Assembly: GCA_963643925.1 (NCBI GenBank)
Contig: CAVINS010000001.1
Location: 27,568 to 91,567, forward strand
DNA length: 64,000 bases
Direction: 5' to 3'
Source of the DNA: Bacteroidaceae bacterium
GTDB lineage: Bacteria > Bacteroidota > Bacteroidia > Bacteroidales > Bacteroidaceae
Below, one piece after another: positions 26,430-36,187 of this stretch. Positions within the stretch are counted from its first letter, which is position 1. The number at the start of each line of letters is the position of its first letter. Both the position numbers and the translations under genes were made by a program. The notes beneath the pieces are model-generated. The model did not search any database. It worked only from the letters and a program-made list of their open reading frames with translations, and was not told the origin of the DNA.

Positions 26430-28121
26430 TTACCAGTCGTATTCCGGCGAATCGTCGGATGGACGCGACGGGACGGGATTGTTCACACAGGCCGTGTTGT
26501 AGTTGGTTTCCGTCTGTATGATGCAGAGGTCCATCCAGTTGGGATAGGTGTTGCCGGTGTTGACGCCATAGCCGCCGACATTCCATCGCCGACCTGAGGT
26601 GTGGTTGGTACCGGGGTATCTGCGGATGACTCCTTTGTCCAGGCGCTTGATGTCGAAAGTGGCGAACCCTTCGCCCCACAGCTCCACGCGGCGCTGCCAC
26701 CACACTTCGTTTTGGAACGGTGTGGCATAGCTGCTGCCGTAGCTCTCCGTGGAGTGGGTGCCATACACGTAGTGAGTGTCGCGGCTCTTGGCGAACGCGG
26801 TGAGCAACGCTATGCCCCGCTGCTCGTCCTGCATCCCGGCGGCTTCGGCCTCTATGAGCATCATCTCCTCCACACGCATCATGGGCACGGCCACCGTGAA
26901 GGCGAGGTACTGGTTGTCGTGTATGCCATCCTTGGGGCGGAACTTCATCACCAACCCGCCTACCACGTGGGAGTTTGTGGCCGCGGCTGTTGTGAGCAAC
27001 CCTTCGGGGACATCGGAATACCGGGAAAGGGCCGCGATGACATCCGCTCGACTCATGTCGTCGATGGCGAAGTCTACAAAGCTTTTACGGCGGAAGTCCG
27101 TCTCGGGAATGGTCTCGTACAGATGGCGGTCGATGCGTTTCGGGGCACCGTAGTTGGCAGCGTAGCCGCAGCCCGAGGCACTCACCTCCACAATCATCTC
27201 TGAGCCCCAGCTGCTGTCCGCGTCGTTGTAGAGTATGTTGTCGTCAGTCGACTTGAAGGTCATCCCGAACATCCAGGCGTTGTTGGGGGTGTTGAACCCG
27301 TCGGTCCGTGAGGTGAACTCCGCCTCCGTCATGGCCGTGTAGCCGCTCTGTGCCTTCCGGGCATACGCTTCGGCCTGGCTCCAGTGTTCCATGGTCAGGT
27401 AGGCGCGCGCCTTCAGTCCGTAGACGACAGAGAGGTCGGGTGTGTAGACATCGGTGCGCTCATACCCTTCGAGGCAGATTTCTGCCTTTTCGAGGTCGGA
27501 GAGAATCTGTCGCCACATCCGTCCGTTGGAGAGGCGTGGGTTGTCGGTGAGGTCGGTCAGCGAGGTGGTCTCCAGCACCAGGGGCACCGTCACCGCGGCA
27601 GTGTCCTTGGCATAAGTCCTCGGGGCATACATGCGCGCCAGGTCCATGTAGAACATAGCCCGCATGGCATAGGCTATGCCCATGCCACTCCGCTTCTGTC
27701 CGTCGGGGTTCTCGCCCGCCAGGGAGATGACGGTGTTGCAATTCTTTATCCACGTGTAGTAGCAGGTCCAGGGCACCTGGCAGATGCCGCCCTGGGGACG
27801 AAGGGAGGTACTGAAGGTGTACCATGGGTGATACCAGTCGGCGCTGATGCTTTCCATAGCGATGTCGTGCCCCATCAAGTCGCGCTGTAGGTAGAACGAG
27901 GAGTACCCGAAGTCGTAGGGAGATTTGCTGCTCTCGCTCATAAGGAACGAGCTGGCCAGCCCGTTGGTGATGGCTGCCACGAAGTTGTCGAACGAGCCGG
28001 GGGCGTCGGCGGCCTGCCTGTCTGTGACGGTGGACTCCTGCGGATCAATCTCTTTGATGCAGCCGCCCTCTATGAGGAGGACTGAGAGGGTTATCGCCCA
28101 AAATGTTATCTGGTGTTTCAT
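26430..28121 (-). CDS. SusD/RagB-family nutrient-binding outer-membrane lipoprotein
   Basis: 563 aa. Lipoprotein signal ...LLIEGGC. Immediately downstream of a SusC-like gene (22-nt gap). Typical SusD-like composition. Confidence 0.93.
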   Translation of the reverse strand: MKHQITFWAITLSVLLIEGGCIKEIDPQESTVTDRQAADAPGSFDNFVAAITNGLASSFLMSESSKSPYDFGYSSFYLQRDLMGHDIAMESISADWYHPWYTFSTSLRPQGGICQVPWTCYYTWIKNCNTVISLAGENPDGQKRSGMGIAYAMRAMFYMDLARMYAPRTYAKDTAAVTVPLVLETTSLTDLTDNPRLSNGRMWRQILSDLEKAEICLEGYERTDVYTPDLSVVYGLKARAYLTMEHWSQAEAYARKAQSGYTAMTEAEFTSRTDGFNTPNNAWMFGMTFKSTDDNILYNDADSSWGSEMIVEVSASGCGYAANYGAPKRIDRHLYETIPETDFRRKSFVDFAIDDMSRADVIAALSRYSDVPEGLLTTAAATNSHVVGGLVMKFRPKDGIHDNQYLAFTVAVPMMRVEEMMLIEAEAAGMQDEQRGIALLTAFAKSRDTHYVYGTHSTESYGSSYATPFQNEVWWQRRVELWGEGFATFDIKRLDKGVIRRYPGTNHTSGRRWNVGGYGVNTGNTYPNWMDLCIIQTETNYNTACVNNPVPSRPSDDSPEYDW

Positions 28122-28143
28122 GGCTGTTTCTCCTATAGTTATT

Positions 28144-31100
28144 TTAGAAGGTTAACTGGATGCCGCCCATGATGGTTCGCGACGGGGAATAGACGTTGAC
28201 CGAGGCGACGGATGAGTAGGAATAGCGCGGGTCGAGTCCACGGCGTGCCGACCAGAGGCAGAGGTTCTGCCCCATGGCGTAGAGGCGTAGCTTGCTCAGG
28301 CCGAGTGTGGCGACGAGTGTCTTGGGGAAGGTGTAGCCCACGGTGAACGATTGGAAGTTGAGGTAGCTCGCGTCGGTCAGCCATCGAGTGGATGCCGTCG
28401 CCGTGTAGGGGTCGCCGTACTGGAAGCGGGGGATGTCGCTGGAGGTGTTGTAGGGCGACCACGACTTGAGCACGTCCACATGGAGGACGTGTCCGGCGGT
28501 GGCGCCGTCCTCGCAGTTGGCCATCAGGCGCACGTACTGGGTGTCATAGATGCGTCCGCCTATCTGGTAGTCGAACGAGAGGGAGAGGTCGAACCCGTAT
28601 GCCGAGAGGGAGGTGCCGAAGCCTCCGTAGGCATCGGGCAGGTTGCTGCCCTGCTCATACTTGGAGGCTTTGCTGATGTCGGTGGTTGCGTAGTCGCGCC
28701 GCGTGGCGGGCCGGTCTACCACACCCTCGCCCAGCTGCGAGTCCATCCAATAGGTGGCTTCGCCCTCCTCGTTCACACCGGCATATTCATAGTAGAACGG
28801 GCTGTAGAGCGAGCCGCCAACCCTGTACCACTGGCTGTCTTCCTGGAAACCGCCCAGCTTCTCAGTTTTCGTCATCGGGAGCTTCAGTATCTTGTCCTTG
28901 TTGTGGGCGATGTTGAGCCGCAGGCTCCAGTCGAGGTGTCGCGTACGCACCACGGAGCCCTGCAGGCTCAGCTCCACGCCGATGTTGGTGTAGTAGCCTC
29001 GCGAGCCGGCGGACTCGGGTACAGAGACCCAGAAGATGAGGTCGGTGGTCTTCTTGTTGTAGAAGTCCACGCCACCAGTCAGCCTGTTTCCGAAGAGGCT
29101 GAACTCCACGCCTGCGTTGGCGTTGGTGGTGGTTTCCCACGTGATGTCGGGGTTGCCTATTCTGTCGAACGTGGCGTACATCCGCGTGTCGGAGGCGGCT
29201 TTAAGCGAATAGATGTCGGTGTAGGTCCAGCTGCCGATGTTGTCGTTGCCCTGTTGGCCGACGGAGATTTTCAGCTTCAGCTGGTCCACCCAACCGGCAT
29301 GGAAGAACTCCTCCCTGCTCAGCAGCCACGCGGCTCCTACCGACCAGAAGTTTCCCCACCGGTGAGCCTTGGCGAAGCGCGACGAGGCGTCGCGGCGGAA
29401 CGAGGCCGATGCGAAATAGCGTTCGTCGAGGTCGTACTGCAGGCTGGCGAAGTAGCCCTCCACGTTGTATTCTTTGGTGTAGGAGGAGGCGTTGCCCACC
29501 TTGGCGGCGGCGCTTATCTCCTGTATGTCGGGCGAGAAGAGGCCTTGGGCATAGGCGCTCAGGTATGTAGTCTTGGTGTGGTAATACTCGTGTCCCAACA
29601 GCAGATTCACCTGGTGCTCCCCGAAGCGGTTGTAGCAGGTGAGCGTCTGCACGTGGTTCTGCCGCAGCAGGTCGCGCTGCGACTTGTCCACCTGTCCGTT
29701 CACGGAGACTTTTGCCCCGTAGAGCGCATTCTCGTAGTCCGATCCGTTGGCGTGTGCCCAGTCCACGGAGCTGGTGGCGTTGAGCTTGAGCCAGTCGGTG
29801 AAGTTGACATCAAGTGTAAACGTGGCGTTGAACTTGTTGCTGTCGGTAGAGGTGTCGTTGTAGCGGTTGTTGCCCAGCGGGTTGCCCGTGGATTGGAACG
29901 GACGGGTGAGGCCGGGGTAGTTGGTAGCCGCCACCCCGTAGTCGTACTGTGGATTGCCGTTGGCGTCGGTGCGGATGTGGGGGGTGCCCTCCTCGTCGAG
30001 TACCCTTACGTAGATGGGGTAGATGGGGGCTATGCGCGAGGAGAAGGTCATCAGGTTGCCGGGCAACGAGGAGGTCGACACGTTGGGACAGGTCGTTTGG
30101 TGGGAGTTGTTGTAGCCCACGTTCGCTCCCAACTTGAGCCAGGGCTTTGCCCGGTAGTCGACCTTTAGGCGCGCGGTCAGGCGTTTGAATCCGTAGTACT
30201 CTATCACGCCGTCCTCGTCCAGATAGTTGAGGCTGGCATAGAACGAGCCTTTGTCCGTCGCACCGTTCACATTGATGCTGTACTCCTGCCTGAGTGCTGT
30301 TTTGTAGGGTGCGTCGCGCCAGTTGTCGGCGGTCAGGTAATAGGTCTCGCCATTGGTCCGGTAGCTGCGTCCCAGCGTGGCGTGGGGGTTGAGCTTGCCG
30401 TCGGTGCCGACGAGCTGTTCGCCGTCGGGGATGGTGTAGATGTTGTATGCCAAGTGGCTCAGCATAGTATTGTTGGCATTGGCGTTGGCCTCCTCCACGC
30501 TCTGTCCCTTGCCATAGCGGTAGTAGCTGTAGTATTGTCCGTACACCGTTTCGTAGTACGCGCCGGGGTCGTCGATGGTCTCGTAGGCCGACACTCCTCG
30601 GCTGCTGGCTCCCCATCGGGCGTCCACGTTGATTTGTGCCTTCTTGCCCTGTCCGCTCTTCGTCATCACCAGTATCACGCCAGCGGCGCCGCACGCTCCG
30701 TAGAGGGCTGCCGAGGCGGCATCCTTCAGCACTGTCACGGACTCTATGTCGTCGGAGGCAATCATGTTGAGCGAGCCATCGAAAGGTGAGCCGTCCACGA
30801 TGACCAACGGTTCGGTGTCGGCATAAAGGGAGGCTATGCCGCGTATCTTCACGCTTCCGCTGTCTGATCCCGGTGCGCCGGAGTCGCCGCGCAGCTGCAG
30901 GCCGGGGGTGGTCCCCACCAGCGCGCTCACCACATTGGTGGACACGTGTTTCGACAGCTCGTCGGCATGCACCACCGAGGCCGATCCTGTGAACGACGAT
31001 TTCTTCTGTGTGCCGAAGGCGACCACCATCACTTCGTCCAGCGTCTCCGTACCGGGTTGCAGCACCACGCGAAGCATGCCGTCGCCGATGACGACGTCCT

Positions 31101-31356
31101 GTGTGAGCATCCCCACGAACGACACCTGCAGGGTCTTCGCCGTGGCCGGAAGTTGCTCTATGGCAAACCGCCCGTCCAGGTCGGTGACTGTACCCGTGGC
31201 GGTACCTTTCACCCATACCGACGCACCCATGACGGGCTCGCCGTCCTCTTCTGAAACCACCACACCCCTGACGGCCGTAGTCTGGGAACACACCATCTCC
31301 ACACCAAGGAGAACGCATGCCGCCAACATCAGTAACCTCTCTTTCATAAACGTCAT
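28144..31356 (-). CDS. SusC/RagA-family TonB-dependent outer-membrane transporter (no N-terminal STN signalling domain)
   Basis: N-terminal domain VRGVVVSEEDGEPVMGASVWVKGTATGTVTDLDGRF, plug (VVAFGTQKKSSFTGSASVV), and a barrel ending TIMGGIQLTF. Confidence 0.95.
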   Translation of the reverse strand: MTFMKERLLMLAACVLLGVEMVCSQTTAVRGVVVSEEDGEPVMGASVWVKGTATGTVTDLDGRFAIEQLPATAKTLQVSFVGMLTQDVVIGDGMLRVVLQPGTETLDEVMVVAFGTQKKSSFTGSASVVHADELSKHVSTNVVSALVGTTPGLQLRGDSGAPGSDSGSVKIRGIASLYADTEPLVIVDGSPFDGSLNMIASDDIESVTVLKDAASAALYGACGAAGVILVMTKSGQGKKAQINVDARWGASSRGVSAYETIDDPGAYYETVYGQYYSYYRYGKGQSVEEANANANNTMLSHLAYNIYTIPDGEQLVGTDGKLNPHATLGRSYRTNGETYYLTADNWRDAPYKTALRQEYSINVNGATDKGSFYASLNYLDEDGVIEYYGFKRLTARLKVDYRAKPWLKLGANVGYNNSHQTTCPNVSTSSLPGNLMTFSSRIAPIYPIYVRVLDEEGTPHIRTDANGNPQYDYGVAATNYPGLTRPFQSTGNPLGNNRYNDTSTDSNKFNATFTLDVNFTDWLKLNATSSVDWAHANGSDYENALYGAKVSVNGQVDKSQRDLLRQNHVQTLTCYNRFGEHQVNLLLGHEYYHTKTTYLSAYAQGLFSPDIQEISAAAKVGNASSYTKEYNVEGYFASLQYDLDERYFASASFRRDASSRFAKAHRWGNFWSVGAAWLLSREEFFHAGWVDQLKLKISVGQQGNDNIGSWTYTDIYSLKAASDTRMYATFDRIGNPDITWETTTNANAGVEFSLFGNRLTGGVDFYNKKTTDLIFWVSVPESAGSRGYYTNIGVELSLQGSVVRTRHLDWSLRLNIAHNKDKILKLPMTKTEKLGGFQEDSQWYRVGGSLYSPFYYEYAGVNEEGEATYWMDSQLGEGVVDRPATRRDYATTDISKASKYEQGSNLPDAYGGFGTSLSAYGFDLSLSFDYQIGGRIYDTQYVRLMANCEDGATAGHVLHVDVLKSWSPYNTSSDIPRFQYGDPYTATASTRWLTDASYLNFQSFTVGYTFPKTLVATLGLSKLRLYAMGQNLCLWSARRGLDPRYSYSSVASVNVYSPSRTIMGGIQLTF

Positions 31357-31732
31357 CTTTTTAATGGACTTACCTTTTCGTTACCAAACACACTATAAAG
31401 TACATCTGACATAGGAAAAGTAAAGCATAAAATCCCGAAGAATCAACCTTTTGCCGTAAAATTGTCGGAATTTGGAGTGATAAAGTAGTAAGGTATAAAA
31501 GGAAAACTGCTTAGGAGAGATTTCCCGTTGAAGGTTCTCACGGTCACAACCGGATGAATTTTAGTTCCCATTTGTCGCCTGCGGTGTATGGTTCGCTGAG
31601 GGTTCTACGTTGCCAGTCGTTCTCGCCTGCCCGAAGGCCCCGTGAGTGCCGTCGCGTCCACTTTTACATATATACATCACGATGTGAGGAATTAGTCGTA
31701 ACGGTGCGAAAGCCTAGCTTACTTTATGCTTT

Positions 31733-31838
31733 GGCAATTGTCAAACAGGTGTATGGCAATTGTCAAACAGGTGTACGGCAATTGTCATCCACGTGTACGG
31801 CAGTTGCCATCCACGTGTACGGCAGTTGCCGTACATCC
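31733..31838. repeat. Array C: 4.8 x 22-bp direct repeats with CA(G/C)GTG cores
   Basis: Units: GGCAATTGTCAAACAGGTGTAT; GGCAATTGTCAAACAGGTGTAC; GGCAATTGTCATCCACGTGTAC; GGCAGTTGCCATCCACGTGTAC; GGCAGTTGCCGTACATCC (truncated). The array lies 377-482 bp upstream of the susC-like start at 31356. Confidence 0.92.
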
Positions 31839-32058
31839 TTTGAACCCACGTTCTTGCATCATCACAACGGCATTCTGCAACTGTTACGACGGGGGTCATA
31901 CATTGGGGATATCCAGAGGCAGTCCATTGCGAAGCGGTGTATTCCAGTTCAGACTATCTTCACTCCACGATTGCCGTATCACTCGAAATGTAGGATGAGC
32001 CAAATGTTTATCTTGGTACAAATGGGATAGGCCAGACAAGCATCTTCGGAGACTATAC

Positions 32059-32122
32059 GAGACAATGGCCCGCCATCAACTGAGAATAAAGTTGATGGTG
32101 GGCCAATTGTCTTCTCTTGTCA
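32059..32122. repeat. REP-like palindromic element, copy 2. Probable terminator after the GH78-sialidase-like gene.
   Basis: Sequence: GAGACAATGGCCCGCCATCAAC-TGAGAATAAA-GTTGATGGTGGGCCAATTGTCTTCTCTTGTC. It forms a roughly 20-bp stem with one bulge, 62 nt past the stop at 32184. Confidence 0.8.
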
Positions 32123-32183
32123 CCGAAATCACATTCCCGGGCGTTTGCAGTGACTTACCTCAATGCCCGAGGATAGACTCTTA

Positions 32184-35100
32184 TTATTTCTCTCCCAGAG
32201 CGACAGCTGGGTCGATGCACATGTATTTCACGCGCTGGCGGCGCCAAGTGTAGACCACGTGGAGCTTGCCGTCGCTGCCTTGAATGATGCTGGGGTAGGA
32301 GTATTGGCTGATGGGGCTGTCCTCGAGGGTGAGCAGATGGCGCCAGTGGATGCCGTCGTCGGAAACGGCGAGGCTGAGCGGTGTGCGCGATCCCTTGGGG
32401 GTGCCGGGCAGTGTCTCGAAGTTGTTGTAGACCAACACGTGGCGGCCATCCTTCAGGGTGACGGCGTCGGTGCCGGAGTTGTTGTTCTCTATATCGAGCA
32501 GAGTCACCTTGCTCCATGTCTCGCCGCGGTCGTTGCTCCAGCTGGTGGCCAGCTTGGCGTTGCGCGTGCGGCAGACCACCTGCAGGCGGCCGTCGCTGTG
32601 GCGGAGGATGCTGGGCTGTATGGCATAGATGGGCTGTGCACCCTTGCCCTTGATGGCCTCACCTCCCTCTTGGTCATCCAGGGCCGCGGCTCTGGCCTTA
32701 CGCAGTTGGGTGGGCACACTCAGTTCGGCCTCCACGGGACCCACCTTGCGCCAGGTTTTCCCTTGGTCGTCCGACAGCTCGAAGTGGATGCGCCATCCGT
32801 GTCCCTCGGTACTGCTGGGTGCGATGATGCGTCCGTCCACATACTCGGGCTTGTTCTTCACCGGACCCAGAAATCCTTCGGGCAACGGTTCCTTAGCACT
32901 CCACGTTTTACCGCCATCCTTCGAGCGGACCAACCATCCGCTCCAGTCGCCCACGCTGGTACCTATCTTATAGAAGAGCAACAGCTCCTTCTTGCCGGGC
33001 ACTTGGTAGAGGACGGGGTTCCAGCACGCCTTGCGGTAGGCGTTGTCCTTCTTACCCTTGAAGGTGACGGCCACCGGTCCGGCTGCTGCGGGGGTAGTCT
33101 TCTCCGTGATGCCAGCCCGTGCGGCGTTGGGGTCGCTCAGCGCGAACACTCCGTCGGCAGCAAGGTAGGGGGCGCTCCATTGGGTAGCTCCCTTCGGCTT
33201 GCGGCACACCCAGATGCAGCAGTTGGGGTTGCGTTCCTTGGTGCCTCCGAAGAAGGCAGCGACGAGGTCGCCGTTCTTCAGCTCCACGATGGTGGCGCCG
33301 TGGCACTCGGGGAACGAGGCCTGCTCGTAGAGGAACTGGTCGGTGAGAATGCCCTGACGCTCCTGCTTACCTTGTGTAGGGTCTAGCGGAATGGTCAGGT
33401 GGTATTTGCCCGAGGTCACACGCCACACGGTGGAGTTGCCTTCGGTGCGCAGCAGGGTGATGCCCTCCTGACTGATGGCCTTTGTGTCGGTGGTAGGCAG
33501 ATAGACCTGTGCCGTGGTGTTGCAGGGCACAGTGATGTCCCATTGCAGCGTGACGAGGTCCTTCTTCCAGTGGCTTTCCACGGTACCGTAGAGGGTGTTG
33601 TACGATGCCTTCACGTAGCTTAGCTCCTGGATGGAGAAGTCGGGCTTCAGCATAATCTCCTTGTAGCCCGGCTGTGCGGGGTTGAAGCCCGCCAGGTCGC
33701 GGTAGAACCAGGGTATGAGGTCGCCCAGTATCATCACGTGGTTGCAGCTGTTCATCTTGCGGCTTGCCGTGTCGCCGTTCCACAGTTCCCAGATGGCTGT
33801 GGCTCCCTTCTTTATCATGTAGCCGTAGCTTGGGTAGGTGGTGTTGCTGGCCAACAGGTAGGCGATGTCGCCCCGTCCGATGCGGGTCAGCTCGCGGAAG
33901 AGCCAGTTGACACCTATTACGCCGCAGCTGATGTGTCCGTTGTTGGTGGTGATGATGGCGCGCACCAGGTTGCTACGCACCGCCTCGCGATACTCCTCGG
34001 GTACCATGTCGAATGCCAAGGGGAGGATGTTGGAGGTGACGGTGTTGTTGCCGTAGTAGATGCTGTCCGGGTAGAGGATGTGTGGTGCCTTCACGGGCGA
34101 GGTGCCGGGCTTCACGGTGAGGAAGACGGCATTGAACCGCTCCTTCATAGTGGAAGCCTCCTGCTCGTAGAAGTCGGCATCGGCCTGCAGTCCTTGCAGA
34201 CGGGCAAACTCCGCCATCATCAGGCATACCTTATAATAATAGGCCGAGCTGATGAGCGAGCCGCTGGTGAGGCGGGCAGGGTCGGTGCTGTGAATCAGCT
34301 TCGGTGCTTCGGGCGGCATGCACCAGTCGCCGTATTTGTCGGCATTGATGACTCCGTCATTGGTTGTGTAGCCGTTGCGGATGGCGGCGAGCCACTTCTT
34401 GATGGAAGGGTAGTTCTTGCGGATAGGCTCGATGTTACCCTGCTGGCGGTAGAGCATGTCGCAGATGACGGGGAACGACGAGGCCCACGTCATGGCCGGT
34501 GTGAAGTAGTTGTAGAAGGCGGGGCAGATGTCCGGAATGATGCCGTCCTCGCGCTGTGCCTCGCGCATGTCGTCGGTCCACTTGGCATACATGGTGCCGT
34601 TGTCGAACATGAAGTTCTCGCCCCACGTGCCCACGCAGTGGTCGCCCATCCAGGGTTGGCGCTCATCGCGTTGCGGGCAGTCCAGGGGCACGCCCTTGTA
34701 GTTGCTCGACACGCCCCACCAGGCGTTGCGGTACACTTGGTTCATCACCGTGCTGCTGCACTCGAACGAGCCGTTGTTCTCGAATCCGTCGTACACCACC
34801 TCTGAGGTGAGGTCGTCGGCGGTGAGGCCCTTGCAGCCGGTCACCTCGATGTACTGGAATCCATGGTATGAGAAGCGTGCTGCCCACGTGCTGCCTTGCT
34901 CCTTGCCGTTGCACACGTAGTAGTCGGTGCTGAGGCTGCTGCGAAGGTTCTCCACGTCGAGGTCCGCTCCGTCGTTCTTCACCCGCTCGGCATAGCGTAT
35001 GCGGATGGTGTCGCCTGCCTCTGCCTTGGGCAGACGGATGCGCACGAAGCCGGCGGTATTCTGTCCGAAGTCCACCATGTAGCGGTCGCCGTACTGCTTG

Positions 35101-36161
35101 AAGGTGGCTGGCTTCAGTCGCTGCATCACCTTCATGTTGGGTGCGGAGTTGCCGCGCAGGGTGCCGTAGGGCAGGCTGACGCGTTGCGCCGCCAGCCAAC
35201 GGGAGTCGTCGTAGCCTGGTAGGGTCCAGTCGCCCAATTCCATGCGGGCATCGTAGATCTCGCCGTCGTACTCGTTGTTGCTGCGTATAGGACCTTGTGC
35301 GGTGAGCTTCCAGTCTGTGTCGCTGTTGATGCGTTGCGTGGCTCCGTTCTCATACTCGATGATGAGGTTGAGTCGCATCTTGGGGTAGCCGAAGTTAGCT
35401 ATCTTGTAGGGCTTGTTCTTTTGTCGCATGGTGTAGTAGCGGCCGTTGCCCAGGGTAACACCGATGGCATTGTCGGCGCTAGCACTACGCAGTTGTTGGG
35501 TGACATCGAACGAGTTGTAGATGCAGGTGCGGCGGTAGTCGCTGGTGGCTGGTGCCAACTGTTGGTCGCCGATGCGCTGTCCGTTGACGAAGAGCTCATA
35601 CATGCCCAGTCCGCAGATGTGTAGCGTGGCCCGTTTGATGGCTTGCTTCTGGGTCTTGAACTCCCGGCGCAGGTAGCGTGCGCTGAGCTGACTGTGCATC
35701 ACCTCCTTGTCCCACTCGAAGGCGCCGTCCCAGCCAATCCATTGGCCGCGCCACTGCAGTTCGCCCATCATGCCCATGCCCCACTCGGCGGGTTCGCTCC
35801 AAGGGGATTCGCCTCGGGTGGTGGTCACTTTCACTTTCCAGTAGTAGTGGCCGTTGCTCTTCAGCGCAGGTCCCCCGTAGGGCACCCATGCCGACTGGTC
35901 GGACTCCACTGTGCCTGAGTCCCACACGTCGCCTTCGCCGGCGGCGAGTTTCTCGGGCGTGGTGGCCACCAGTATGTGGTAAGCCGTCTGCATCACCCCG
36001 TTCTCGTCGGAGGTGATGATCCAGCTGAGCCGGGGCTGCGCACGCTCCACGTTGAGCGGAGCCTCGAGACGTTCGGTGAGCAGCTGGCCCACGTTCACCG
36101 CCGCCTGTGTTATTAAGGTGACGAGGAACGTCAGTAGGAATGAACCGATTCGTTTCATCAT
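32184..36161 (-). CDS. Two-module enzyme: N-terminal GH78 alpha-L-rhamnosidase fused to a C-terminal BNR/sialidase-like (GH33-type) beta-propeller
   Basis: 1325 aa with a signal peptide. The GH78-type region covers aa ~20-900. From aa ~905 the motif FPECHGATIVELKNGDLVAAFFGGTKE appears, followed by Asp-box/BNR repeats SKDGGKTW, SDDQGKTW and SNDRGETW. Confidence 0.85.
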   Translation of the reverse strand: MMKRIGSFLLTFLVTLITQAAVNVGQLLTERLEAPLNVERAQPRLSWIITSDENGVMQTAYHILVATTPEKLAAGEGDVWDSGTVESDQSAWVPYGGPALKSNGHYYWKVKVTTTRGESPWSEPAEWGMGMMGELQWRGQWIGWDGAFEWDKEVMHSQLSARYLRREFKTQKQAIKRATLHICGLGMYELFVNGQRIGDQQLAPATSDYRRTCIYNSFDVTQQLRSASADNAIGVTLGNGRYYTMRQKNKPYKIANFGYPKMRLNLIIEYENGATQRINSDTDWKLTAQGPIRSNNEYDGEIYDARMELGDWTLPGYDDSRWLAAQRVSLPYGTLRGNSAPNMKVMQRLKPATFKQYGDRYMVDFGQNTAGFVRIRLPKAEAGDTIRIRYAERVKNDGADLDVENLRSSLSTDYYVCNGKEQGSTWAARFSYHGFQYIEVTGCKGLTADDLTSEVVYDGFENNGSFECSSTVMNQVYRNAWWGVSSNYKGVPLDCPQRDERQPWMGDHCVGTWGENFMFDNGTMYAKWTDDMREAQREDGIIPDICPAFYNYFTPAMTWASSFPVICDMLYRQQGNIEPIRKNYPSIKKWLAAIRNGYTTNDGVINADKYGDWCMPPEAPKLIHSTDPARLTSGSLISSAYYYKVCLMMAEFARLQGLQADADFYEQEASTMKERFNAVFLTVKPGTSPVKAPHILYPDSIYYGNNTVTSNILPLAFDMVPEEYREAVRSNLVRAIITTNNGHISCGVIGVNWLFRELTRIGRGDIAYLLASNTTYPSYGYMIKKGATAIWELWNGDTASRKMNSCNHVMILGDLIPWFYRDLAGFNPAQPGYKEIMLKPDFSIQELSYVKASYNTLYGTVESHWKKDLVTLQWDITVPCNTTAQVYLPTTDTKAISQEGITLLRTEGNSTVWRVTSGKYHLTIPLDPTQGKQERQGILTDQFLYEQASFPECHGATIVELKNGDLVAAFFGGTKERNPNCCIWVCRKPKGATQWSAPYLAADGVFALSDPNAARAGITEKTTPAAAGPVAVTFKGKKDNAYRKACWNPVLYQVPGKKELLLFYKIGTSVGDWSGWLVRSKDGGKTWSAKEPLPEGFLGPVKNKPEYVDGRIIAPSSTEGHGWRIHFELSDDQGKTWRKVGPVEAELSVPTQLRKARAAALDDQEGGEAIKGKGAQPIYAIQPSILRHSDGRLQVVCRTRNAKLATSWSNDRGETWSKVTLLDIENNNSGTDAVTLKDGRHVLVYNNFETLPGTPKGSRTPLSLAVSDDGIHWRHLLTLEDSPISQYSYPSIIQGSDGKLHVVYTWRRQRVKYMCIDPAVALGEK

Positions 36162-36187
36162 AATGTATCTCTTGATTCTTTAATGAA

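Noticed and set aside
31554-32030. 158-aa plus-strand ORF (and nested 31726-31998) in the gap upstream of susC
   Set aside because: It runs straight through the 22-bp repeat array. The product is Cys/Arg-rich and shows no protein-like pattern. No promoter box or plausible start context is present. I treat the region as non-coding.
32184-33440. Calling the BNR module a genuine sialidase (nanH-like), implying host-glycan foraging
   Set aside because: The context is entirely plant-pectin CAZymes and the module is fused to a rhamnosidase. A Kdo/Dha-type keto-deoxy-acid hydrolase is the more parsimonious reading, so no nanH symbol was assigned.
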